From NCBI RefSeq assembly GCF_001194135.2, contig NC_068981.1, positions 124,497,177 to 124,546,467 on the forward strand: DNA of 49,291 nt, read 5' to 3'. Below are positions 11,800-23,190 of the stretch, in pieces. The DNA comes from Octopus bimaculoides. Lineage: Eukaryota. The position numbers and the translations under genes were made by a program. How positions within the stretch are numbered: the first letter of the stretch is position 1; every line of letters begins with the position of its first letter. Below the pieces are notes generated by a model. It saw nothing but the letters and a program-made list of their open reading frames with translations, searched no databases and had not been told where the DNA came from.

Positions 11800-11945
11800 G
11801 ATTTGTAGCTTTTTATACTGGTAATTATTTTATCGATCCGGCGTGTGTTAGTGTGGAGGCACAAAGTAATGTTTGATCAGGCAGGATTTGAACTGTGAAT
11901 GCACGAAGATTAACTTGAAACTGTGAGACGTATTGTCCGCCATCC
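11800..11945 (-). mobile_element. Very degenerate SINE family A copy
   Basis: ctggtaattattttatcgatcc and ggatttgaact motifs in family A order. Confidence 0.4.
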
Positions 11946-11969
11946 AACACTTTTTGAAATAATAGGCAC

Positions 11970-12150
11970 TTTTACGAGGTCACTCACCTTACTAGAAATA
12001 GATGTAAAATCTGCGTCAAAGTATAACCCCAAAGCCTTGGAAGATTGGGAGGAATCTTTAGTTTATGCGGTCCAACTTACCCTTTAAAAAGGGATGGTCA
12101 CAACCTGAAAAACCTTTGATCATATGACTCTTCGATTACAATTGACCCGA
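11970..12150 (+). repeat. Unclassified interspersed repeat, copy 2
   Basis: See 11530-11720. Confidence 0.4.
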
Positions 12151-12914
12151 AGTTAGGCAGATTGGGAACGACAGCATCTTCCCCCATTACAGTTTCTATG
12201 TTCGCAACACGCCATGGTTGTTATTGTATAGAACACAGCTCTGTAAATGCTCGAGAAATTACAAGAAAAACGGTGATGATCTGCGTTGGTAAAAAGTAAT
12301 GCAAATATTTCAGTGGAATACTTTGTGCCGAGGGGAATGAGAGAAGTCTAACATTGATGTGTCCTTGTCAAGAAAAAGAAAAGAGAATAGCGATCTTACC
12401 ACAAAACCAACGGAGTACCAGCTCATATTTTCAATAATCCTAATGAAAAGAATTGACACGCACAACACTTTTTCCTTAAGGGAGACAACAAGGTAATGGT
12501 AGAATAATATAGATCTATTCACCCATACAGAGATTCTACACAGATTAAAGTTATGTCCGAAACTAAAAACAAGTATAATCACTTTCCAGATGGTCATATT
12601 TTTTTCGCCAGATAAACACACGCACTATATATTCGTTCTTCACTTCAGCTTTATTATTGTTCTTATTTTAGTGTCCTTTCATCACACATTTTGTGACCTC
12701 TTCAGCTACTCTCCATCCCACGTGTCTCTTCCTGTTCTGTTTAGTCCAAGATTTCAAAAGACACTAAAATAATAATTATAATAACGAATATATAGTGCGT
12801 GTGTTTATTTGGGGAAAAAAACATGGCCATCCCGAAATATAAAAATATCTGTTTCAACATATGATTTCACACCAGGAGTCTTGTAAAACAAATATAGAAA
12901 CGTACTTATATATA

Positions 12915-13230
12915 TTGCGGCAGAGGCCATGGATCTGCACCTAAAGAAATTGTGTCAGTTGCTGATGGTGGTGCAGCATCTGTTGTGGCTGTACAGGCCC
13001 ACACGGGAATGGCAGTCACGCATACGTCGACTGCATTTGAAGGAGCTCTCTACCGATGCTACTGATTTTCCTTCCGTCTGATGGTGCGTCCCTGCTTTCC
13101 TTGCGCTCTCTTCATTCCATTCCGCAGTATTTGCCTCCAGTCTGGACGATGATGAAGTCGTCCTCGTGCTCTTGTGCCATAGCCACTAGCAGAGGCACCC
13201 GGCGTTGCCCGAGAAGGAAATCGTTCCTTA
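12915..13230 (-). mobile_element. RTE/BovB-like LINE 3' end
   Basis: Minus strand DWRQILRNGMKRAQGK... and FKCSRRMRDCHSRVGLYSHNRCC*, the RTE-BovB C-terminal zinc finger motif (C..C.RDCHSRIGL.SH). Confidence 0.75.
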
Positions 13231-13334
13231 TATATTGGAAGAAAAAAGGTAAAATATGCTGTATAGAAATTTGTTATTCTAAATTGAACTTATTTCTCAG
13301 TTGGGAAATCAATTCTGAATTCATAATATATATA

Positions 13335-13366
<32 letters not shown>

Positions 13367-13385
13367 ATAAAAAATCTTATCACAA

Positions 13386-13417
<32 letters not shown>

Positions 13418-13444
13418 ATATAATTATATACAATTATATGCACC

Positions 13445-13690
13445 TATTATAGCTTCGGGGCGACCCAAAGCCTCGCAAGTGAATTTGGTAGACGGAAACT
13501 AAAAGAAGCCAGCCATTCATATATAGTAAACACACACACACACACTCACACACACACACACACATACACACACACACACACATACACACATACATATAAC
13601 CATGTGAGTATGCCTTTATGTCTGTGCTTATCACCCTTGACGACTAGTGTTAGTTTGTTTACGTCCCTGTAAAATAGCAGTTCAGCTGGT
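13445..13690 (+). mobile_element. SINE family D, 5'-truncated
   Basis: gtgaatttggtagacggaaactaaaagaagcc and tttacgtccctgtaa are reverse complements of segments in 10721-11098. Confidence 0.65.
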
Positions 13691-13694
13691 TTCC

Positions 13695-14080
13695 ATGAAA
13701 GTTTCCTAAGGCAGGATGAATGATGGGTTTTTCAATTTGAGGCAAAAAGAAAGAGACAATCCATACAGTAGAAACACCTCTACTCCCCTGCTGCAATGAA
13801 GGCTAAGTCGTTTCATTTATAGGGAAGGTGATGGCCTCAGTTTTTTGGGATGCAAAAGGCATTGTGCTTATTGAAAAGGTCTACACCATCAATGGAGAGT
13901 ACTATGCTAACTTCCTGTATCAGTTACGAAGGGCTGTCAAGACCAAACTCCCTGGAAAACTGGCGAAAGTAATTGTTTCATGAGCACAAGTCCTTGGTTT
14001 TAATGACTGCTCTGCATGACTGTGGTTTTGAAATTGTTGATTACCGTCCTTATTCTCCTGATTTGGTTCCTGATTCCCTG
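13695..14080 (+). mobile_element. Mariner transposase internal fragment
   Basis: GKVMASVFWDAKGIVLI, TINGEYYANFL, HDCGFEIVDYRPYSPDL; related to 31103-32358. Confidence 0.85.
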
Positions 14081-14475
14081 GTGAGGCTCAGTGTTATCTA
14101 TCTTAGTAGAATGGCACAGCCGATAAAGATAGTCTTGCTCAGTAGTTTATCCTATCAGTCCCCAAACGCAAATTGTTTTATACATAATTTCTCACATTTA
14201 TCTCAAGGGTGAAGCTTTTATATGGTGGGCCGAGTGTATTGATCAAATTGACTTAAATACATACCGACCTCAAAACATTTCATATTATGCGTCAATATTA
14301 AAAAACAAATTAAGTTGGCCATAGTAGGACTTTTATTTTCTCAACGAAAAGGTACGTGACTGGCTATCACAAAACATTTAGCTTCACACGTTAGCAACTG
14401 CATTTATGCATTTATACTTTTCTTCTTTAACCGATTCCAAGCTGTAGGTTGTCGGCATTTTGGAACTACGTATCA

Positions 14476-14500
14476 CCATCATCGTCGTCATTCGCATCAC

Positions 14501-14557
<57 letters not shown>

Positions 14558-14582
14558 TATCATCATTATTATTATTATTATT
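14476..14582. repeat. (CAT)n-(ATT)n compound microsatellite
   Basis: Directly visible. Confidence 0.95.
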
Positions 14583-15176
14583 GAGTGAGAGAGCAGTGCA
14601 TGCCATCAAAGTGACACTGGGGTAAAATATACGAAGCCCATTATGCCCATCATGACTACCCGTCTGATAAGGGTACACCAGGCACATGCATCACAACCAT
14701 ATGTGCGCGACATTGTGATCTCATATCAAGATAAACAGCGCATGACCTCGCAGGTGGGGCCCAGTTAGAAATTTCTTCGGGTCGAGTAGCCTATCTCGTT
14801 CAAAAGGTCCCTGAATAAGGTTTGTTTAAGGATGTTGAGCAAAACACCCATGTTTTCAAAGGTGAATCATTCAAACCCCAAAGAATTCCTCTCAACACAT
14901 GGCTATGATGCTCCCCCACTACTTCTGCTCATGATCAGAGATGCACATAACGTAAGCCACCAAGGGACATGCTCAACTGGTTAAGGTCAAACAACTGACA
15001 AGCAAATCTGTGGTGCTGAGCAGAATATTTGCTGTAGCCCATCTTTTATACCAAGACAAAACAATGTACATGATAACACTTCCAATCCGTTAATATTATT
15101 ATTATTATTATTATTGTTGTTGTTGTTGTTATTATTATTATCATTATTATCATCATCATCATCATTATTATTATTA

Positions 15177-15397
15177 AGTCGGCGAGCTGGCAGAATCGTT
15201 AGCACGCCAGGCGAAGTGCTTAGCGGTATTTTGTCTTTACGTCCGGAGTTCAAATTCCGCCGAGGTCGACTTTGCTTTTCATCATTTCGGGATCGATAAA
15301 TTAAGTACCAGTGAAACACCGGGGTCGATGTAATCGACTAGTTACCTCCCCCAAAATTTGAAGCCTTGTTCCTCCAGTAGAAAGGATTATTATTATT
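15177..15397 (+). mobile_element. tRNA-derived SINE family A (tail type 1) with (ATT)n tail
   Basis: ggcgagctggcagaatcgttagc (A box) ... ggagttcaaattcc (B box) ... gtagaaagg(att)n. Confidence 0.9.
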
Positions 15398-18300
15398 TTG
15401 TTTGACTTTTGCTTTGCATTTGTACAAGTTGATTCAAAGTCTCACCCAGAGGCTTCAAGAGCCAACAAGTTAGAAGTTCATGCTGGCGTTATACCTAGAG
15501 TGCCATATATTTGGTTTTGTACATAGTACTGTTCCAGAGAATGTTTAAGAACCCATAAGAAAATTATGTGCTTGTTTTAAAATTTGAGATTACATAGAAA
15601 GTATTTTGCGCAGGATATGGGCAGTTCCTATGAGCACTATCTGTTGAATTTTTGCCATTTTGGGGTTTCCTGGTATCTGAGCTAGGTAGCAATCAGCCCC
15701 TTTTGCTATCATTCCCATACCCAGTGAATGTATTGTGAAGCTCTGTCATGTCTGTTGAGATACTCTGAAGGCGCAAGAAGACTGCACATGGAGACAACAT
15801 GATCAATGGTTTCATTTTGTTTACATACACGACATGTCGGGAAGCTGCCGTTCTTTAATATGTTGGTCTGGTAGTTCCTTGTAGGTAGGCATTGATCTTG
15901 CGCTGTTATGATAAACCCTTCTGTTTCAGATTTTAAGCCAGAATACAATAACCATTGATGGGTAAGGGCTTTGCCAACATCGGCATTCTTCGCTTTCTTT
16001 GGGTATTTGCCACAGAGGTTTTTCTTGCCATTTATCAGTTAGAATATCTAAGGCAGCAGTTTTAGCACGGGTTTTCATACGCTAAACTTTTTCTGCGCTT
16101 GTTTCTAGTATGACTAATTCCGGAATTTGTTGTATTTGGAATTCGCCTGTTTTGTTACTGAGTAAGATGCTTTCTTGTTTTCATGTTTTGAGACAAGTTT
16201 TAACATCCAGTCCTCAGAGTTTTTCAGGTAGGTATCTAGGCCAACTGTGGCAATCTTCATTGTTAGTGCCAGTTGTAAAAGTCCACGGCCTCTCTCTTTT
16301 CTTGGCAGATAGGGTCATTCTATATCTGCCTTAGGGTGGTGCATTCTCTGCATTGTCAACAGTTTTCGTATTTTCCTGTCAAGATTACATATTTCAGTAA
16401 TTCACCAGTTAATGATATTGAAACTGTAAGTCACGACTGGTATGACTAAAGCATTGATCGCTACGATCCTGTTTCTCGCGTTCAGCTCTGTCTTAAGTAT
16501 TGCTCTCACTCTGCGATAACATTCTCTTCTGATCCTTTCCCTCATCACCGAATACCTGATTCCGTCCCTTTCAAGTACGCCTAGGTATTTGTAGCTCTCC
16601 GCTGGTTCTAACTCTTTTATGACATTCTGCTGGTCAAGGTTAACGTTAGATGTTTCTGTCATTTTTTCCTTTAATAAAGGTAGCTTTTGCACATTTATCG
16701 TGGCCAAATTGCATCCTGACGTCATCACTGAATTGTTTAACAACCGCTAGTAAGCTCTGGAGTTGTTGGTAATTTTTTTGCAAAGAGCTTTAAATCATCC
16801 ATGTAAATGAAATGATTTATATTTTTATCAAACATTTTATAACCGTACTTAGCATCATTGAGCAATTTTGAGGGAGGAATTAAGGCTAGACAAAAGAGAA
16901 GTAGTGATAGTGAGTCACCTTGGAAAATGCCACATGAAATTCTTACATCTTCAGCATTTAGAGATTCATTGTCACTGTTCAAACTCAGTGTGGTTCTCCA
17001 TGATCTCATATTTACAGACAAAAAGTTTCGCAGAGTAGGCGCTATTTTATACATTTCCAGACATTTCTTAATCCAGCTATGTGGTAGGTAATCAAAAGCT
17101 TTTTTATAGTCTATCCAGGCGATTAACAAGTTTTTGTGTCGTTTGTGACAACCTTCTAAGATCATCTTATTGAAGAGTAGCTGATCTTTACAACCATAAG
17201 ATCAACGTCTACATCCTTTTTGCTCATTAGGGAAAATGCAACTTTCTATTAAAAAACTATAGGTATATTTAGTCAGGACAGATGTTAGCGTTTTATACAT
17301 TGTTGTTAAGTAGGTTATGGGTCTATAATTTGTTGGTTCATTTGTTTCTTCATTTTTTGGAAGTAGGAATGTTAAACTATTAGCTAGCCAAGAGGGCATT
17401 ATATTAGGATGTTGCAAAACATCATTGTAAAAATTTGTTAGCAGTTCATGGCTCCCTGGGAAGGCATTCAACCAGAAGTTAGGAATTTTATACTTTCTTG
17501 GAGACATCCATTTGCTTGACCTCTTGTGATCAGATCTTATATCTTCTACCTTGACACCCTCCCGCTTTTGCTCTAAGGAGTTTAAGTCTGTAGATATTCT
17601 ATCAATCCAAGGGGCCTTTTCACTGTTTTTTCTTCTGCCAAAATTTTATTCCAAAATTCCTGCACCTCTTCTTTTGATGGGACAGACTTTATTGTAACTG
17701 GTGCTTTCCCTATCTTCCTGTAAAAAAATGTTGGGGTTATTTTTTAACATGTTGTCATTGAAGAATCTTACGCACTTTTCATAGCTTGCTATGCAAGCAG
17801 CTATAGCACATATATTTTGCTTGATGGTTTCTATGGTGGCATCAATGTCAAATATGATTTTCATATATTTTTTTCTTTCATTTTCGGGTTTTTGACGGTT
17901 TGGTAATCTTGTCAAACTTAGTTTTTCAAACATTCTATATCAGCCCTAAGTAGCTTAATTTGGGGTTGAATACGCTCTTGCCAAGAAGGCTTTTTGTGGG
18001 AATGTTGTTGTTTTCTAATCTTATTTCTTTATTGCCCACAAGGGGTTAAACATAGAGGGGACAAACAAGGACAGACAAATGGATTAAGTCGATTACATCG
18101 ACCCCAGTGCGTGACTAGTACTTAATTTATCGACCCCGAAAGGATGAAAGGCAAAGTCGACCTCGGCTTTCCGGTATTGACTTCGTGTGTGTGTTTCGCA
18201 CATGTTTCACTGAGACATCGTGCATAAGAGGAACTGCTTTGTATGGCAGTAAAATTTCTTTTTAATTTTATTATTTTCGTTAAAAGGCCGCTTCCTTCAA

Positions 18301-18415
18301 GTCTTCCACAGGTTCCTTTATCTAATTCCATCGATGTTATTGGATTAGATTTGTTTTTGAATGGGGAGCCCGGTGTAGTATATCCATGCTGTTATTCAGT
18401 GTAGTACATCCATGT
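15398..18415 (-). mobile_element. R4/Dong-clade non-LTR retrotransposon, decayed, RLE endonuclease region deleted
   Basis: RT motifs GIFQGDSLS and INHFIYMDDLKLFAK, YKYLGVLE, CCHC knuckle CRVCKQNETIDHVVSMC, C-terminus KIQQIVLIGTAHILRKILSM*; 3' UTR ends in (TAA)n at ~15397 and the 5' end abuts (TAA)/(TGA)n at ~18415. Confidence 0.9.
18022..18166 (-). mobile_element. SINE family A (tail type 2), 5'-truncated, inserted in the R4/Dong element
   Basis: Near-identical to 3734-3880. Confidence 0.88.
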
Positions 18416-18864
18416 TATTATTATCATTATTATTATTATTATCGTCATCATCGTCATCATCATCATCATCATCATCATCATTATCATCATCATCATCATA
18501 ATCATCAATATATTAGGAAAATGAAGGTCGAGAGGGAAGTACTGTCAAAAAGGTTGTTGACAGACAAAATGGTTGGGGCAAACGAACCTACACTAAGCAT
18601 CGGAGAACAGCAAATGTATAAGAACTCGTGACTTTGGTGTTCAGGATAATCCTGGATCTGCAGGGTTCTTCGATTGGCTTTTGTTCGAGATTTTCCTGCA
18701 TGATTTATGTGGTCACATACCTTTGTACATTATGTATACTTTTATCTCATATCACTGTCGTTTCTCTTTTTATCCCGTCGTCTTTTACGTAAACCCCGAC
18801 ACAAATTTTAAACTGTTCTTGTGATATCTATCTCATCTATGTCCCTGAGGCAAATAAAAGAAAT

Positions 18865-18866
18865 CG

Positions 18867-18951
<85 letters not shown>

Positions 18952-18958
18952 TATCATT
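18865..18958. repeat. (CAT)n microsatellite
   Basis: Directly visible. Confidence 0.95.
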
Positions 18959-18961
18959 TTC

Positions 18962-19457
18962 AAAGATGTTTTCCTGGGGCTGAAAAGTAGTAACATTGTC
19001 CTGCGAAGGACTGCCACATTGTGTTAGCAAATAAACTTTACTCTATGGTACTGTTACTACATATCTGTCGCTCAGAGATTTAAAACTAGTTGTTTTTCTC
19101 TTTATGAGATCAGTGACTGTGTGTCGCATTAAAAGTATATTCTGTGAGCAAGATCAAGTGGCAGCCATCTCTAGCCGGCGATTGTCCTGTATCGAAGAAA
19201 AGAAATAACACAGAAACCATTGGTCTACAGGTATTGCTAAGGCTAGAAAGGGAGCAATAGACTCCCTTGCTCACAGTATACGGACACAGACCATGTGTCG
19301 ATAGCGAGCTGGAAAAGATGTTTTCTTGGGACTAAAAAGTTGTAACATTGTCCTGCGTAGGACTGCCACATTGTGGTGGCAAATAGATTTTACTGTACGT
19401 ACTGTTACTACATATTTCTCGCTCAGGGATTTAAAACTAGTTGTTTTTCTCCTTATG
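18962..19457 (+). repeat. Pair of about 144-bp direct repeats (18962-19106 and 19314-19457)
   Basis: aaagatgttttc.tggg.ct.aaaagt.gtaacattgtcctgcg.aggactgccacattgtg...tttaaaactagttgtttttctc.ttatg in both. Confidence 0.9.
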
Positions 19458-19889
19458 TATACATGCATAATTACATACGTACATATAAGGGTGAAGTATG
19501 CACACATCACCGAAGAAAAACAGCGGCCTTGGCACTCTCGAAGTCAGAAATGAAATGACTCAGTTGTTGACGCATTGGAAACTTTTAGCCAACGCTGTTA
19601 TTGCTCACATAAATATGCAAATAAATAAATATGCAAATAAATAAACGACAGCAAAAATTCGGTTTTTGGCAGGGTAACGATAGTTGTTCTTGGAACTCAT
19701 TGTAATGATGTTGATGCGATGATATATTTATATTATGCAACCCCAATCCCTTTAAAAATAAAGCAAAACATGAACATGCTAAAATCAGCCAATGTTTTAG
19801 GGATCTTCAGTCATATGCTCTCTCATTTCACCTGTTTTGAAATATGCGAAGAGATTAACACTTTGTTGTAATATGTATTTACCGTAATG

Positions 19890-20015
19890 CGTCGTGCTGG
19901 AAGGGCCGTTAGCACGCTGGGCAAAATGCTTAGAAGCATTAGAAGCATTTTATCCGTCAAGGTTGATTTTGGCTTGCATTCTTTCAGGGTCGATAAAATA
20001 AGTACCACTCGAGCA
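19890..20015 (+). mobile_element. Degenerate, internally deleted SINE family A copy
   Basis: cgttagcacgctgggcaaaatgcttag ... gggtcgataaaataagtacca. Confidence 0.65.
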
Positions 20016-20339
20016 CTGGTAAATTGTGCGACCAGTTTTCTGTAATCAGGGAATTCATTAGGATGCAAATAATGCTGTAACACTACTACCACTAAATTAT
20101 GCCTAATACCGTGTTATCGAAACTTCTGACTGATGGGCCCTCTGGTTATATGGATTTCTGACTAACGAATCTGCTGGCAATAGAACATCCCTCACTAGCC
20201 TTGTGGTATCGAACAGGGTGTCGCGTTGTTGATAAGTTAGTCCCTTAACCACATACCTTTGTCGTCTCCAACCTCTTAAATCTCAAAGCTGCAGGAAACA
20301 GTACTAATCACTTCCTTTATTACCCAACTCCCCCCCCCC

Positions 20340-20373
20340 TCTCTCTCCATCTATCTATCTCTTTCTTTCTCTA

Positions 20374-20439
<66 letters not shown>

Positions 20440-20475
20440 TCTGTCTCCTGTCTCTCTCTGTTTCTCTCTCTCTGA
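20340..20475. repeat. (CT)n microsatellite
   Basis: Directly visible. Confidence 0.95.
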
Positions 20476-20906
20476 CGTTATTCCTTCCTAGTAGCCATCA
20501 GTACGAGTTTTCATAAAGTTACATCTACCAGAAAAAAGGAGAAGTAAAATTTTGATCTAGATTCACAATGGGACAGTTATGGCTGAAACGTCTTCGATCA
20601 GAGCTGATCCGAAACTAAACAACATTTTGCTCTCTTACATCACACACCAGTAGTTTTTCGTTGTTGAGGACTATAAAAAACAGAAACAATGTTATTGCAG
20701 GTGATATCAATAAGCCCTTCAAATGAGATTTACTTGATAATCTTGGAGCTAAGTTGTTCACCTATAATCTGCATCTGTCCTTTATTTCTTTGACTGTAAG
20801 TTTTCTGTCATATCGCACTATAGCAAATTTCTTGTCAAGGACCTCTCAAACCTACACACAGTCAGTTATTATGTATTTTATATTAACATGATATAAACTC
20901 ATCTTT

Positions 20907-20907
<1 letters not shown>

Positions 20908-20994
<87 letters not shown>

Positions 20995-20995
20995 G
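20908..20995. repeat. (GATA)n microsatellite
   Basis: Directly visible. Confidence 0.95.
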
Positions 20996-22167
20996 TGTGC
21001 GTGTGTGTGTTATTTATGCATGCGTGTACATGTTCGTGTGTGCGTGCGTATGTGTATGCTGTACTTTTACAACGGGAATAATTCACTATAGCCCTACATT
21101 GCTTCTATGATCAGAGACTTTGAAAACACATTTTTCAATGATGACAAAATCTTTTCATTTTAACTAAAGTAAAAGGCACGATCTTTACATATTACCAAGG
21201 GAAGTCTTGTAGCATAGCTTTTCCACTTACTTATGAAGAACGACAAAATTAAACACCTGAAAGTCGCTTCAAACGCGATTCCTTTCAATGATCTCATATG
21301 GTGATCACACGAATATAACATTACCAAAATCACGTTTGATGATCAGACCCCTGCTTCGTTCCGTTCAGGAAAATACTTAAGCCCTGGCTACGTTTATTTG
21401 ATTGAATCTCTGCACATATATATGTAATAGTGTTGCCGCTACATACAGAAACATCCTAAACCACAGCTTGAAATGTGCATTCAGCAATACACTACAGTTA
21501 CTGCCTCACAGACGCTATATTTTATCTTTCTGATCATCTGCCACTACAAAAAATAAATACTTGGTCCTATAAACTAGTAAAACACATACACCTTCCAATT
21601 AGGCCCATCTTGTGTGCCTATTCTTCTCTCTACAACACAACATAACTTTAGAAATTCTTTCCCATCCTCTTTTTCCTACCTATGCCTATTTACAAATGTT
21701 CAAGGTAAACATAATCCGCATCACTTTCGAACCTTTGATGGCCGGCAAAATAGAATGCCCACCATTTTTGTTTTAGACAATAAAAATTTAAATGAGCATT
21801 CACGCTTTGAAGGAAAATTACCACGAAAAATATATACGCTCGGCAAGGAGAGAAATTTTCCATGACACAACTTCTTTTCATAGATATATCTTACCAAGCA
21901 TAAAAATTTCTATACCTATGTTTTCTTTCTCAAATATTTAATAGCTATCAAGTTACTGGCTTTTTTTATGTATATAATTTTTCTTGTCCCAGTAACAAAG
22001 CTGTATACAATTGCGACATATATTTTATTAACTATAATGAAAAGTATGTCACAACCTATATTTCCAGTTTTACAACATTTCGAATGCTACAACCAGTTGT
22101 TTTCGGACAGCTTTTCGCATTGAAAAAAGTACTTGTTTCTTTGTGAGACTTTCTCTTCGCATGAGTG

Positions 22168-22320
<153 letters not shown>

Positions 22321-22954
22321 ATCTGTGTAGGAGGTCATGCATGCAAGAGTGTAATAATAAGCCGAATTTGCAATCCTCATGCCGCAGAAATTGCATCATT
22401 GTTTTCTTGCAACCGTCCACGTCTATAGTCTAGTAAGCTCAAAAAGTATCTTTCATGTATTCATGCCTTAGCACCTGAGTTTTGATTCGATTATCACAAC
22501 CGTGTTTGTACTGCGAAAAATATCCAAGACAGTTATTGCCGCCACCACTATGTTAGTAGTGATTTTCTTCCCCAAATCCTCCCCGAGTGTAGCAATCTAT
22601 CCTAACTCCTCTTCGTAATCTTCCAACCCTTCTTTGTTAAGTAACCGATTCACATCTAGCATGCTTCTGAACATCCAACTGTTTCTTGTCTTTGATAATA
22701 AATATTGTTAGCCTTGATGCCTATAATTCTATAAGCGGTTCCTATAAACTTTCGTTCTTGAAAGGACAGGTTTCATTTTTAATACTTATGTTTCTGTCTA
22801 AAAGATTTGTCTTCATTGACAATACGAAGGTCGCAAACTTGTAATCTATAAAGCGAATTTCCGCTAAAATGTAGACTGTTAATTAGCACCTTTATTTTAC
22901 TAGGTAAAACGTAGTCGATCTGTTCACGTTGTAGCTGTGTTTGCAATGTCTCCA

Positions 22955-23190
22955 GACCGATTAAACTACTCGGGGACCGGTTCGGTCCAGACCTCCAAAT
23001 GGAGAAGAACTGGGATGAGATAATGAGCAGAGTGGTCACTCTCATCCAGCTATGGGCCGAGATGAAGCTATCTCTAAAAGGTCAGGCTGAGGAGGCGAAT
23101 GCTTACATCGCATCCATCATCTACTACCGCCTGACTGTCATGCCTTGTCCTGACTCTACTATCACGAAACTGAACGTATATGCTTTCGAA
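22955..23190 (+). mobile_element. L1/Tx1-clade LINE ORF2 fragment (post-RT region)
   Basis: PIKLLGDRFGPDLQMEKNWDEIMSRVVTLIQLWAEMKLSLKGQAEEANAYIASIIYYRLTVMPCP resembles the K.LG.....W....LSL.GR....N..I.S...Y segment of L1/Tx1 ORF2. Confidence 0.7.

Noticed and set aside
18840-18870. ccctgaggcaaataaaagaaatcgtc as a collapsed hammerhead
   Set aside because: Needs two separate deletions to fit the consensus; unsupported.
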